Part shown: in pieces, positions 9,376 through 19,994 of the stretch
Numbering within the stretch: position 1 is the first letter of the stretch
How the letters are laid out: each line of letters begins with the position of its first letter
Source of the DNA: Kofleriaceae bacterium
GTDB taxonomy: Bacteria > Myxococcota_A > Polyangia > Haliangiales > Haliangiaceae
DNA length: 64,000 bases
Reading direction: 5' to 3'
Assembly: GCA_965215005.1 (NCBI GenBank)
Contig: CBDCCZ010000023.1
Location: 1 to 64,000 of the forward strand
Translations under genes and position numbers: made by a program
The notes under the pieces: generated by a model
The model's database searches: none
Seen by the model: only the letters and a program-made list of their open reading frames with translations
Told to the model about the DNA's origin: nothing

Positions 9376-10155
9376 ATGACCACTCGAGTGCGAGCGCTGC
9401 TTCTCATCCTTATTGCCACCGCAGCGCCGGCAACCGCCGCGCCGCATCGAACCTCGCTCGAGACCGAGTCCACGAGCCAACCGCGACTCACCGCGGGCGT
9501 CCTTGCCAGCGTCAACTTCTCGGGGCTCGCTGGCGAGACCGAGCTCATCGCCGGCAGCGGAACGGACGAGCAGCGATTCATGCCCTCAGCGGCTACGACT
9601 CTTCGGTGGAGCGCCGGCGGGTTCATCGCCGCCGCTCTCACGGCGCACCTCGGAGTGCGCGTCGAGGTCAGGTACAGCCAACGCGGTGGTGTGGCCGAGC
9701 AATCGCTCGGCGGCGGGTTTGGCAGCGGCGATGGCTTTGAGCTCGACTACGACCTCCGCTATGTCGAGGTTCCGGTGCTCGCAACCGTGTCGCTTCCCTA
9801 CGACGGCGGGTTTGGCTATCAGCTGTTCGCCGGTCCAAGCGTTGGCTACTTACTGGCAGCCGAGCTGATCGGCGAAGGCAGCGCCGCCCTCCCCGGCACC
9901 ACGGAGCGCTTCGAGCTCACCGCCACCGAGGATCTCACCGACGCCGCCGAGACGATCGAGCTTGCGGCGGTGCTCGGAGGAGCGGCGCGCTTTCCCTTGC
10001 CTCGCGGCACGCTCGTGCTCGACGTACGGTATTACTACGGCGTCCGCGCGGTGATCGACACCGCGAGGTTCGAGCCGGTGCGAGGACTCGTGGCCGTCGA
10101 GGTCGATGAACTGCGCAATCGCGGGCTGATGCTCAGTCTCGGCTTCGAGCTCTAA
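9376..10155 (+). CDS. Outer-membrane beta-barrel (porin family) protein
   Basis: Signal peptide; EVRYSQRG, LRYVEVPVL, FAGPSVGYLL, LDVRYYYG motifs; C-terminal LSLGFEL beta-signal. Confidence 0.85.
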   Translation: MTTRVRALLLILIATAAPATAAPHRTSLETESTSQPRLTAGVLASVNFSGLAGETELIAGSGTDEQRFMPSAATTLRWSAGGFIAAALTAHLGVRVEVRYSQRGGVAEQSLGGGFGSGDGFELDYDLRYVEVPVLATVSLPYDGGFGYQLFAGPSVGYLLAAELIGEGSAALPGTTERFELTATEDLTDAAETIELAAVLGGAARFPLPRGTLVLDVRYYYGVRAVIDTARFEPVRGLVAVEVDELRNRGLMLSLGFEL

Positions 10156-10175
10156 ACTCGCTTATTGGCGCCGAA

Positions 10176-11582
10176 TCAAAGATCGACCTCGCTGAGCGCG
10201 CCCTGCGGCGACACCACGCCGCTGCGAAAGATCTCGCTCGAGCGCAGCCGGAGCCGTCCTGCGCCGCCGCCGCCGCCGCCGGCGTTGTCGCTGATCGTGT
10301 TTCCCGCGGCCGAGCCACCATTGCGACCGGTGATATCGACGCCGGCACCGCCCGCGCCGCCGGAGGCCCCTTCGCCAACTCCGATTCCTCCATCGGCGCG
10401 GCTCGCGCTCGGTTGGCCATTCGAACCGGCATTGCCCGCCACCGAGCGATCGGCACCGGCGCCGCCGCCGCCGCCGTTGGCCGCCACCACCCCGCGAAGG
10501 TCGATTCGCGCGGCTTCGATGAGCACAGCGCCGCCGGTGCCACCGCCGCCGCCCGCCGCATCGTCCGGGCCGCCCGCGCCGCCGCCGCCGCCCACCTGCA
10601 CCACCCCGGTGGCGCCGACCGAGACCAACCCGCGGGCGGAGATTTGCACCGCGCCGCCACCGCCGCCTCCCGCCGTACCGCCGCCGCCACAGCCGCCTCC
10701 AGAGCCGCCCTGCAGCGGCACCAGCGCCGCATTGCCGCTTGCGCCGCCGCCGCCGCCGCCGTCGATGGTGGAGCGCTTGCCGCCGTCGCCGCCGGCGCCA
10801 CCAAAGCCACCGCCACCGCCCCCCGCGTCGGCACCCGACACCGCCCCGCCACCGCCGGGCCCCGCCCCTTCGCACGTCGATCCCGCACCGCCGACGAAGC
10901 CGCCCGGACCCGCGCGCTCGCTGCCACCGCGGCCACCCGTTGCGTCGAGAATGCCGCGCAGCGACACCTCGCCGCCCACGGCCAACACCAGCGCATTGCT
11001 GCCGACCACGCGGATGGTCACACCGGACTCGACATCGAGCCGCGACATCGAGAACACGCCAAGCGCCGGCGCATCGCGCTGCGCGACCTCGGTAAACTCG
11101 ACTCCTAGCGGCCGCAGGTCGGCGTTGTCGCTTAGGCGCTTGATCAACCCACGGTCGGTATCGAGCTCGACCACACCGTCATCGGCTTGCAAGAGAAGTG
11201 CGTTGGAGCCGAGCGCGAGAAGGTTCTGGGGGATGTTGGAAGGGACGAAGTCGAGCTCCGTGGGGCCGGCATCGGCGTCGCCCGCGCCGGGACCGGGGCC
11301 GCGCGCGTCGGCGCTGGCCGCATTGGCGTCGGCCGCGGAGCTACCGGCGTCGCGCTCGGAGAGCGATCCTTGGCTGGTGCAGGTGCTGCTAAGGCCACCC
11401 GACTCGGCGCCGTAGCGCCGGCCGGTGTCGCAGCTGGAGTCGACGAAGCTGCAGAACCCGCTCGATTCGCAGACGCCAGCGCCACACTGAGCGTCGTCGG
11501 CGCAGCGAAAGCCGTTGCTCTCGATGCAGCCGGCCAACGCCAGGATCAAGCTCGTTCCCCCAAAGATCGCGAAACGCACCAA
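10176..11582 (-). CDS. Glycine-rich secreted lipoprotein
   Basis: Lipobox LAGC; Cys-rich N-terminus (CESSGFCSF.D.SC.TGRRY); repeated GGGGG.V.I.A units. Confidence 0.8.
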   Translation of the reverse strand: MVRFAIFGGTSLILALAGCIESNGFRCADDAQCGAGVCESSGFCSFVDSSCDTGRRYGAESGGLSSTCTSQGSLSERDAGSSAADANAASADARGPGPGAGDADAGPTELDFVPSNIPQNLLALGSNALLLQADDGVVELDTDRGLIKRLSDNADLRPLGVEFTEVAQRDAPALGVFSMSRLDVESGVTIRVVGSNALVLAVGGEVSLRGILDATGGRGGSERAGPGGFVGGAGSTCEGAGPGGGGAVSGADAGGGGGGFGGAGGDGGKRSTIDGGGGGGASGNAALVPLQGGSGGGCGGGGTAGGGGGGAVQISARGLVSVGATGVVQVGGGGGAGGPDDAAGGGGGTGGAVLIEAARIDLRGVVAANGGGGGAGADRSVAGNAGSNGQPSASRADGGIGVGEGASGGAGGAGVDITGRNGGSAAGNTISDNAGGGGGGAGRLRLRSSEIFRSGVVSPQGALSEVDL

Positions 11583-11892
11583 CCTAGGAGATACGGGGCC
11601 GGGCGCTGCCGATCAAGTTTCTATCGATCCGCAAGCTGGCTCGCAAATGCGTGCTTTGGAGTCTCCGACGGAGACCTACGATGGCGCCGCCGTCGGCGAC
11701 AGGAACCGATGAGCGGCACCAGGCGACATTTCCATCGCTACATCCCTCACCCCGGCAGAGTGATCACTACAGACTAGAGGCTCGATTTCTGGCTCGTCGG
11801 TTGATGTGCGCCGTTGCAGGAACGCTACGCTGGAGCAGACTTAACTGCCCAAATGCGATTTGTTGCGATCGCCACCAACATTCGAATTGTTG

Positions 11893-13659
11893 ATGATTGG
11901 CGTGTTTCAACGCACGATCGCTACCGTGCGCTCTAGCAGCGATTCGGTCGACGCAAGCAACCACCTCGCTCCTGGGATGCGCCTTGGTCGCTATGAGCTG
12001 ATTCGTCGGCTCGCCGTCGGTGGCATGGCCGAGCTGTACTTGGCGCGCGCCCGCGGCATCGAAGGGTTCGAGAAGATCGTCGTGCTCAAGCGAATCCTGC
12101 CGCAGTTCGCCCAAAGCAGCGACTTCGTGGGCATGTTCCTCGATGAGGCGCGGCTCTCGGCGACGCTGCAGCACCCCAACATCGCGCAGGTCTACGATAT
12201 TGGCCAGTGGAGTGGCAGTTACTTCTTCACGATGGAGTACGTCCGCGGCGAAGATCTGCGGGCAATCCTCAAGGCCATCGCTCGCAGCGGACGCCGGCTG
12301 CCGCTGCAACACATGCTCACGATCGTGGCGGGCGCCGCCGCGGGACTGCACGCTGCGCACGAGCGCCGCGACGACGAGGGCCGCTCGCTCGGTATCGTTC
12401 ACCGCGATGTGTCGCCTTCGAACGTGCTGGTATCCTATGACGGCGCCGTGAAGCTGGTCGACTTCGGTGTCGCCAAGGCCGCGCAGCGGCAAAGCGAGAC
12501 CCGCGCGGGTACTCTCAAAGGCAAGATCGCGTATATGTCGCCGGAGCAGTGTCTGTGCAAGCCGCTCGATCGGCGCAGCGATGTGTTTGCACTGGGCATC
12601 TTGCTGTACGAGCTCACGACCGGCCGACGCCTGTTCAAAGCCGATAGCGATTTCGAGGCGATGAATCGCATCGTCGCCGGCGACATGGTGCCGCCCACGG
12701 CGGTGCTGCCAAAGTATCCCAAGCGACTCGAAGCCATTGTGCTCAAAGCACTGCAGCGCGAGCCCAGCGGCCGCTACGCCACCGCACAAGACCTGCAGCT
12801 GGCGCTCGAAGAGTTTGCTGGTGAGCACCGCCTGCACTTATCCACCGTCAAGCTCGGGCAGTTCATGCGCGAGCTGTTCGTCGAACAGATGCAGGTCGAG
12901 GAGGCGCGAGCGATAGGACGCGCGCGTACCGAGGTTCTCGAAGGGCCGCCAGGGGTGGATACGCACTCGCCGCCGGGGCGCGATACCGGCAGCTTCGAGC
13001 TCGACACCGCCGGAGACGACAGCGGCGAGGTCGACATCGAGATCGAAGAGGGCTCGGCGGCAGCCGCCGCCGGCTTGCAACGCGGTGGCGACCGCGTGCC
13101 GCGTCGGCGTTGGCCGGTGCTGCTCGGTGTGCTCGCGGCGGCAGCGGGCGTCCTGCTGGCAATCGGACAGCTTGGCTCGCAGGACCATACGAGCGTGCCG
13201 GAAGCGACGATGCAAACGCCGGCGGCTACGAGCGGCACGGAAGGCTTTGGCGCAGCCAGCGAAGCGCTGGATCTCAGCGCCGCCGATCACGGCCCTGCGG
13301 CGGGCGAAGCGGCCATCGCTAGCGAGCCCGGCGTTGCGCCCACGGCCGCAACCGACGCCGAAGCGCCCATCGAGGGCGAGCGTCCCGATCCTGCGGTCAC
13401 AGCGACCGCTGCGCAGGAACGCGCCGCTGGAGATGATGACGCAAAGCGCGAGCGCGCCGCTCGAGACGACGCGGCAACGCGCGAGCGGCGGGAGGAATCG
13501 CGACGAGCGCCGCGCAGCAGCGACAGCCGTGAAGCCGAGCGAGCACGGCGCAAGCCATCTCGACGAGGCCGCGACACCTCGAGCAGCGATCCTGCACCAA
13601 CGACCCCGCCTAGCTCCGTCGATCTCGACTCGCCGTTGCCGCCGCCGCTCCGACGATGA
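11893..13659 (+). CDS. Membrane Ser/Thr protein kinase
   Basis: LAVGGMAEL, VVLKRI, HRDVSPSN, DFG and YMSPEQ motifs; TM helix then low-complexity tail; start uncertain (11893-11977). Confidence 0.93.
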   Translation: MIGVFQRTIATVRSSSDSVDASNHLAPGMRLGRYELIRRLAVGGMAELYLARARGIEGFEKIVVLKRILPQFAQSSDFVGMFLDEARLSATLQHPNIAQVYDIGQWSGSYFFTMEYVRGEDLRAILKAIARSGRRLPLQHMLTIVAGAAAGLHAAHERRDDEGRSLGIVHRDVSPSNVLVSYDGAVKLVDFGVAKAAQRQSETRAGTLKGKIAYMSPEQCLCKPLDRRSDVFALGILLYELTTGRRLFKADSDFEAMNRIVAGDMVPPTAVLPKYPKRLEAIVLKALQREPSGRYATAQDLQLALEEFAGEHRLHLSTVKLGQFMRELFVEQMQVEEARAIGRARTEVLEGPPGVDTHSPPGRDTGSFELDTAGDDSGEVDIEIEEGSAAAAAGLQRGGDRVPRRRWPVLLGVLAAAAGVLLAIGQLGSQDHTSVPEATMQTPAATSGTEGFGAASEALDLSAADHGPAAGEAAIASEPGVAPTAATDAEAPIEGERPDPAVTATAAQERAAGDDDAKRERAARDDAATRERREESRRAPRSSDSREAERARRKPSRRGRDTSSSDPAPTTPPSSVDLDSPLPPPLRR

Positions 13660-13753
13660 AGTTTCGATCTTCGCGCCGCGCTCCCAGCACCGCACGCCGT
13701 CGACGAAGCAGCCGCAAGCGCGGGCCCAGCTTGGGGGTCCGCAGGAGAACCGC

Positions 13754-14557
13754 ATGCGAACTAGTCTCACTGCCGCCCTTGCCACTCTCGCCATGACGTT
13801 GCCGCCATTGGTGGCTCGCGCCGAGGAACCCAACGCCGTCGCGAACGCGAGCAACGAGCGCGCCGAGACCCACGTGCAGCGCGGCGTTGAGTTCTACGCG
13901 GAAAAGCAATACGAGCTCGCGCTGGTGGAATTTCGCGCTGCCTATGCGCTCGATCCGCGACCTGACTATCTCTTCGCGCTGGCCCAGGCCGAGCGGCTCA
14001 GTGGCGACTGCCCGAGCGCGGTGGTGTACTACCGCGAGTTTTTGGCAACCGATCCGGCGCAAGAGCAAGCCAAGGTCGCTCGCATCAATGCGGCGCGATG
14101 CGAACGCGCCCTGGAATCGGGCCCCACCGGCCAGCCCGCCGAAACCGACGTGGCGCTGCGCAAGGCCGACGAAGTGGCGGAGCCAGAGGCGGCCCCAGAA
14201 CCCATGGTCTTGGCCGCCTCGCCGGCGCCCCCGCCGTCTCCCTGGTACACCGATCCGCTGGGCGACGCCCTGCTCGCAACCGGTGCGGTGGCCGTGCTCG
14301 CCGGCGGCGGATTTCTGCTCGCCGCCGAGAATGCGGAGGGCAAGGCCAGCGACGCCACCACCTATGACGCCTACAGCGCGTCGCTGAACACCGCACGCAG
14401 CCGCCGTACGATTGGTGCTCTATCGCTGGCCGGGGGCGCGCTGCTCACCGGCGCCGCTATCTATCGCTTCGTTCGTCGCGAGCCCGAGCGCCGCACCACC
14501 CTCGTCGCCGCCCCGACCTCCGGCGGCGCGGTGATGGGCATTAGCGGCGCGTTCTGA
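13754..14557 (+). CDS. Secreted/membrane TPR protein
   Basis: AGGAG RBS and ATG at 13754; signal peptide; TPR-like ALVEFRAAY..DP...LFALAQAERL.GDC; C-terminal hydrophobic segments. Confidence 0.85.
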   Translation: MRTSLTAALATLAMTLPPLVARAEEPNAVANASNERAETHVQRGVEFYAEKQYELALVEFRAAYALDPRPDYLFALAQAERLSGDCPSAVVYYREFLATDPAQEQAKVARINAARCERALESGPTGQPAETDVALRKADEVAEPEAAPEPMVLAASPAPPPSPWYTDPLGDALLATGAVAVLAGGGFLLAAENAEGKASDATTYDAYSASLNTARSRRTIGALSLAGGALLTGAAIYRFVRREPERRTTLVAAPTSGGAVMGISGAF

Positions 14558-14620
14558 GCCTCGCCGCCCGCGTCGGCTGAGCATCGCTCGGCGAGGCGAC
14601 GCAGTCAGCGCGTTCAACCC

Positions 14621-16423
14621 TCACGGGGTGTAGGAACGGACCCAGAGGTCGCTTCCGGTGGCGGCACTGGTGTAGCCAGCCACCGCGACGTTGCCAGCGG
14701 GATCGACGGCAACACCGGTGGCGGTATCGCCGCTGCTCACGTCGGCGGTGCGGGTCCAGAGGTTGGCGCCGGCGCTCGTCCACTTGCTGGTGACGAAGTC
14801 GGTGTTGCCAGGACTCAGCTCGGCGTAGCCGTGGACGATGACGTTGCCGCTGCCGTCGATGGCGACGTCGGTGGCAAAGTCTTGACCGGTCACCGCGTTG
14901 GCCGCGGGCGGCCGCCGCCAGAGCTCGTCATAGGTGGTGCCGTCGAGCTTGCGAATCAGCGCATCGAAGCCGCGCGCGGCGGTCTCGGAAAAGCCGACGA
15001 CCACCAAGTCACCGCTGGCATCCACCGCCACCGCGGTCGAGAAATCATCGAGGCCGCCGTCGAACACCGCAGCCGCGAACGCATCGGTCTCGAGGTTGGG
15101 TCCGAGCTTCTTGAGGTAGCCGTCGCGGGTGCTACGCATGATGGTGCCGACGACCACGATGTTGCCCTCGGGATCGAACGCGACGCCAAAGCCGCTGTCG
15201 GAAGGGCTCGGGTTGAGGACCAGCTGCGCCAGCGCCGCGCCCGTGGTGCCGCTGGCCTTGCGTACGTAGATGTCGGACTGGCCGCCGCGCACGATGCTGC
15301 CGACCAAAGCCAGCTCGCCAGCCGCGTTCACGGCGATGGCGGCGAGCGACTCGTTGACGCTTTGATCGATGACGATGGGTCCCCATAGCGACGCGCCGGT
15401 CGCGGTCGTGTACGCCGCATACCAGCTATCGACGTCGCTGCCGCGCTGCGAGTACCCCGCGACGAACACTCGGTCCCCCGCAACCTCCACGGCGGTGATC
15501 ACGCTGTTGTCCACCACGCCTGCCGGACCCACCTCGATCTGTTGTGTCCACACCGGAATGCCGTCGCGGCCGCCGAGCTTCTGCAACAGCCCCAGGTCGC
15601 GCCCGGCGAGGTCGACATAGCCGCCGACGTAAATGTCGCCGCTGGCGTCAGTGGCGACGTCATTGGCCTTCTCGGAGGTGTCCTCTTCGGGCGCATAGGT
15701 CCAGCGCACCGCGCCCGGCTCGGGTTCGGGCTCGGGCTCGGGCTCGACGGGGCGGCAGATGCGAACGTTGTCGATGGCACCGCTCGAGGAGATCTTGATG
15801 GTCATCCGCTGCACATCGCAGGAGTCGCGATCGATCGCCACGTCTTCGCGGGTGTTGTTGCCCATGGGCTCGACGCGCGTAGTGTCCAAAAGCTCGTCTG
15901 CGGCGCCGTACAAGCGGATTTCCGCGGGGCGCTCGCCAAGATCGATGTCGAGCATGGTGAGGCCTTTGACGCAGACCGGGGTCGCGAAGTGGAATTCGAA
16001 CACCGCGCCGCCGGCGTTGTCGTCGGGCTCGTCGACCCGGCCGCGGGTTTCATCATTGCTATCGAAGTGCTCCTGGTTGATGAGCAAGTTGCCCAGGCCT
16101 TCGAAGCCAAGGTCATTGTCACCGCCGCTTGGATGGGCGCTGTCGAAGGCGACTCCCAAGCCATCGGAGCGGCAGTCTTTGCCAAACACGTCGATGGTGA
16201 TGCCGCGGGCGCGGTAGGCATCTTCGACCACCGCGCCCGCGGCGATGGGCGCGCCGGTGCCGTCGGTGTCGAAGTCGAGGACGAAGCAGTCGCGCTGCTT
16301 CTCGCCGCGCTCGCCGAGCGCGTGCTCGCGGCTCTGATCTTCCAGCATACAGCCGCCGACAGCGACCAGGGAGCAGGTGGAAATGCCGGTTAAGAGGAGC
16401 GTGGTGGCGCGGCGTGGGAGCAT
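14621..16423 (-). CDS. Lipoprotein with C-terminal beta-propeller repeats
   Basis: Lipobox VGGC; (EP)n linker; repeated VAVD..GN.VV.GY blades. Confidence 0.8.
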   Translation of the reverse strand: MLPRRATTLLLTGISTCSLVAVGGCMLEDQSREHALGERGEKQRDCFVLDFDTDGTGAPIAAGAVVEDAYRARGITIDVFGKDCRSDGLGVAFDSAHPSGGDNDLGFEGLGNLLINQEHFDSNDETRGRVDEPDDNAGGAVFEFHFATPVCVKGLTMLDIDLGERPAEIRLYGAADELLDTTRVEPMGNNTREDVAIDRDSCDVQRMTIKISSSGAIDNVRICRPVEPEPEPEPEPGAVRWTYAPEEDTSEKANDVATDASGDIYVGGYVDLAGRDLGLLQKLGGRDGIPVWTQQIEVGPAGVVDNSVITAVEVAGDRVFVAGYSQRGSDVDSWYAAYTTATGASLWGPIVIDQSVNESLAAIAVNAAGELALVGSIVRGGQSDIYVRKASGTTGAALAQLVLNPSPSDSGFGVAFDPEGNIVVVGTIMRSTRDGYLKKLGPNLETDAFAAAVFDGGLDDFSTAVAVDASGDLVVVGFSETAARGFDALIRKLDGTTYDELWRRPPAANAVTGQDFATDVAIDGSGNVIVHGYAELSPGNTDFVTSKWTSAGANLWTRTADVSSGDTATGVAVDPAGNVAVAGYTSAATGSDLWVRSYTP

Positions 16424-16582
16424 CCCGAGCCTAAGAGCAGCAGTCGGGCCAAACAACTAAGCCCTTACAATCTTTGCTGACGCAGTTATCCACAGCGCTG
16501 AAATCCGTCGGGTATCCGGAAACGTCTCTCCGATTCCCGGAGACGCCGATCACAGGGTGAGCAGAGGTAGGAGGCGCTACAC

Positions 16583-18676
16583 CTAGGGCGAGGAATCGAG
16601 CGGCTCGGTGTCGTGAAATCTCGTGTAGTCGATGAGCATGCGGCCATCGGGCAGCTCGCTGATCACGTCCACGAAGCGGGCGTCGACGCGCAGATCGTCA
16701 GGCCCATAGATGTGCCGGGAATAGACAGTCTGGCCGTAGGTGCCATCGTGTCCGAGCATGGTCACGATGATGGCGGCGATGCTGCGGCTCGGCTGCTGCC
16801 AGTCGATTCCATTGAGCGGGCTGGCTTCATCGATCTCGTGCATCACGGTCCAGCTCAGCGTGAACAGCGGTGAGCGATCGCGCACCAAGCGCAAGTCGCG
16901 CATGCGCCGCAGGTGCTCGCCTTCAGGAGTAAGCTCATCGCGCAACACCGTCACCGTGAGCGCCGCTTCGACCACGTCGTTGCCGCGCGCGTTGCCGACG
17001 CGAAATGACAGCACCGGCTTGGCGTTGCGCTGGGTCACCACGGCGACATTGCTAAACAACATGCTGGCTTGCGGGCGCGAGGCCTTGGCGAACATCAGCC
17101 CGGTCGCGAGTGCCACCAGAAGCATGCCGGTGGCCGCTTCGAGCGTGACGATGCCGTGACCGTAGTCGGTGACCGGATGCATGGCACCAAAGCCGATGGT
17201 CGAGAGCGTCTGCACGCTAAAGAAGAACGCATCGCCAAACGAGTCGCTGGCGACATTGGCAACGCATCCCGGTCGCAAGCTATAGAGCGCCGCGAAGAAC
17301 ACGTTGACCATCAGATAGGTGAAGCTCAGCGCCGCCAGCAGGCGTTTCCAGCTGCCTTCCATGAAGTAGAAATAGACGTCGCGGCGCAAGGCCGCAGGAG
17401 CGCCTTTACGCAGCGCTTCACCGATGCGTGGCCGCTGATGCCGCACCTCCTGCCCGCTCGCCGCCCGTCGTGCCAGCTCTGCCGTGGTCACGCCGTGCTC
17501 CTCCGCGTGCTCCGGCCCCGACTCGAGCGGCGCCATCATCATGTCGAGCACCACTTGCGCGACGCACACCGCTGCTACCAAGGCCAGAAACATTCCCGCG
17601 CTCATGCCCGCCCCCGCCGGAGCGAGCAGCAGCATGAGCAGTGCCGAGGCCAACCGCACGTTGACGCGTAAGCGATCACTGAGCTCTGCGTGCCGCCGCT
17701 CGGTGACCGAGTCGACGATGGCGACCGCCAAGAACGTAAGCGCGAGCGAGCCCGCGAGGAGCCAGCGGTAGGCGGCTGGCGCCAGCTCCATGAGCTCGAA
17801 ATGGACCGCTTTCTTGATCCCAACGCCGACCGCGGTGGCGCCGAGCTGCAGCGGCAGATGGCCGTAAAGCCACACCACTGGGGCGAAGCGCTCGCGGCGC
17901 ACCCGCGAGCCCGCCACGTCGTCGAAGTAGATCCACCACAAGCAGCACGTGATGAGGAGCGTCATCGACGCCTGCAAGATGAGCATGGGCCCGGTCGAGC
18001 TCGATAAGCTCGAGAGCACCTTCACGAACGACTCGCCGAGCACGATGAGCGTGAGGAGCCCGTAGCGCTCGCTCAGATGCTCCTGGTCGATGGGCTGGGC
18101 CTGGTTCAGCTCTCGCGACTGCTTGCTCAGAGGCGCAAACAGCACCAGCAGAACCGCCACTGCACCGCCGATAGGCCAATACGGCGGCGGCACCCACGCG
18201 GTTGCCGCCGCCACCAGCGCGCTGGCCAAGAACACCCGTCCCCAATACGCGCTGTAATCGCGGCTGGCCGGAACCTGCCGCCAGGTGCGGTAGTAGAGAG
18301 CGGCTACCACGACTTGAGCGACAGCAAAACTGCTCAAGAACAGCATCGGCGCGCCAGCGAGCGCCGCGGGGGCCGTGACGGCCATCGCTCCCACCGCAAA
18401 CATCTGCAAGAACACCAGTAGGCGGTGAGTGAAGTCGTCGACGATGAAGCGATTTTCGAAGAACGTAAACCCAGTCCAAGTGATCCACAGCGGCGCAAAG
18501 ATGCCTGCGAAGGCCAGAAATCCAGCTGGATTGATTTGATCGCTCAAGCCGTTGCCGAGCTGGATGAACGAGGCCACGAAGATGAGGTCGTAGAAGAGCT
18601 CGAGCCACGTAACCTTCTTCTCCACCCCGTCTCGCGGCACGTGCAAGATGGGAACGTGAAACCATCGGCTGCGCAT
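16583..18676 (-). CDS. Fusion of low-temperature-requirement protein A (LtrA) and a KirBac-type inward-rectifier K+ channel
   Basis: N-half VTWLELFYDLIFV...HLSERYGLLTLIVLGE (LtrA); C-half FFFSVQTLSTIGFG filter, FRVGNARGN and SWTVMHEIDEASPL (Kir cytoplasmic domain); one open frame. Confidence 0.88.
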   Translation of the reverse strand: MRSRWFHVPILHVPRDGVEKKVTWLELFYDLIFVASFIQLGNGLSDQINPAGFLAFAGIFAPLWITWTGFTFFENRFIVDDFTHRLLVFLQMFAVGAMAVTAPAALAGAPMLFLSSFAVAQVVVAALYYRTWRQVPASRDYSAYWGRVFLASALVAAATAWVPPPYWPIGGAVAVLLVLFAPLSKQSRELNQAQPIDQEHLSERYGLLTLIVLGESFVKVLSSLSSSTGPMLILQASMTLLITCCLWWIYFDDVAGSRVRRERFAPVVWLYGHLPLQLGATAVGVGIKKAVHFELMELAPAAYRWLLAGSLALTFLAVAIVDSVTERRHAELSDRLRVNVRLASALLMLLLAPAGAGMSAGMFLALVAAVCVAQVVLDMMMAPLESGPEHAEEHGVTTAELARRAASGQEVRHQRPRIGEALRKGAPAALRRDVYFYFMEGSWKRLLAALSFTYLMVNVFFAALYSLRPGCVANVASDSFGDAFFFSVQTLSTIGFGAMHPVTDYGHGIVTLEAATGMLLVALATGLMFAKASRPQASMLFSNVAVVTQRNAKPVLSFRVGNARGNDVVEAALTVTVLRDELTPEGEHLRRMRDLRLVRDRSPLFTLSWTVMHEIDEASPLNGIDWQQPSRSIAAIIVTMLGHDGTYGQTVYSRHIYGPDDLRVDARFVDVISELPDGRMLIDYTRFHDTEPLDSSP

Positions 18677-18849
18677 GCCGCCAGCATCCACGTGTTGGAA
18701 TTGGCGGTCGACCCATCGGGCGGGCAAAGCGCCGCGGCCTGCCCAAATGCACAGGCCCGGCCGCAACGGAGATGCATAGCGAGCGAGGCGCCGAGACTCC
18801 AGCATGGCCGCGCTGCTCGACGCTTGCCGTGGCTCCCTCGCCGATTGCT

Positions 18850-19145
18850 AGTCCGCCGCCGCGGGACTCATGACGCAGAAATCCGCCGCCCCGATGCGGG
18901 GCAAGGGCGGCAGATTTCCGCTACTCACGCGCCCCCTTCGGCGTCTCCCCAAGCGATTGTTGCTTTGCTAGCGGTTTACGACTTCCGCCGTGAACCACGA
19001 GTACGCCGCCGCGGGACTCATGACGCAGAAATCCGCCGCCCCGATGCGGGCAAGGGCGGCAGATTTCCGCTACTCACGCGCCCCCTTCGGCGTCTCCCCA
19101 AGCGATTGTTGCTTTGCTAGCGGTTCACGACTTCCGCCGTGAACC
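18850..19145. repeat. Two tandem ~150-bp palindromic (REP-like) repeats
   Basis: Copies at 18850 and 19000 are near-identical; internal stem GAAATCCGCCGCCC...GGGCGGCAGATTTC. Confidence 0.9.
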
Positions 19146-19146
19146 G

Positions 19147-19776
19147 CTAGCGGGTGCCGTACAAGCGATCGCCGGCGTCGCCTAAGCCCGGCACGATGTA
19201 GCCGTGATCATTGAGCTGCTCATCGATGGCGGCCGTGTAGATGGGCACGTCGGGATGCTCGCCATGAAGGCGGCGAACGCCTTCGGGTGCCGCGAGGATG
19301 CACACGAACTTGATCGAGCGTGGCCGCGTCGCTTTGATCCGCGCAATTGCCGCCGCCGCCGAATTGCCGGTGGCGAGCATCGGATCGACGACGATGGCGT
19401 CGCGCTCCTCCATGCTCTCGGGCACCTTGAAGTAGTACTCCACTGGCTCGAGAGTCGCGGGATCGCGAAACAGGCCGATGTGACCCACCCGCGCCGAAGG
19501 AATGATCTGCAGCATGCCGTCGAGCAGGCCCGCGCCGGCACGCAGCACCGAGATGAAGACGATCTTCTTACCTTCGAGCACCGGCGCGTCCATGGCCGCC
19601 AATGGCGTCTCGATGGCCTCGGTCACCACCGGGAAGTCGCGAGTGACTTCATACGTGAGGAGCATGCTGATCTCCTGCGATAGCCGGCGAAAGTTGGCCG
19701 TGGAGGTCTCCTTGCGGCGCATGAGGGTGAGCTTGTGCTGAACCAGGGGGTGCTTGACGACGACGACTTCGGCCAT
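19147..19776 (-). CDS. upp: Uracil phosphoribosyltransferase
   Basis: [24 protein letters not shown] and [16 protein letters not shown] motifs. Confidence 0.97.
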   Translation of the reverse strand: MAEVVVVKHPLVQHKLTLMRRKETSTANFRRLSQEISMLLTYEVTRDFPVVTEAIETPLAAMDAPVLEGKKIVFISVLRAGAGLLDGMLQIIPSARVGHIGLFRDPATLEPVEYYFKVPESMEERDAIVVDPMLATGNSAAAAIARIKATRPRSIKFVCILAAPEGVRRLHGEHPDVPIYTAAIDEQLNDHGYIVPGLGDAGDRLYGTR

Positions 19777-19994
19777 GACTGGCGGGTTTAGATCATCGAG
19801 CCCCGCGATGTCGACTGCTGCCGCGCTCCCGCGCTCCTTCCGCATCCCGGGCTCGAGAGCCGGCTGCGCCTCGCCCGTCATGGCGGTCGCTGTAGCCGCC
19901 GCCCCGACGGGTACGACGGATTCCATACGTGGTCGCCGCAAAAGCCCCCTAACGATCCCCGATCTGCACCCGCGGCTTGTTAGGCTAACCGCCT

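Noticed and set aside
10165..11415. Proline-rich 416-aa ORF on the + strand
   Set aside because: Antisense shadow of the Gly-rich lipoprotein gene
10176..14557. Kinase-TPR-Gly-rich lipoprotein cluster as a novel system
   Set aside because: Very common arrangement in myxobacterial genomes; nothing distinctive seen
18850..19145. CRISPR array or tRNA/ncRNA gene
   Set aside because: Only two long full-length copies, no spacers, no cloverleaf
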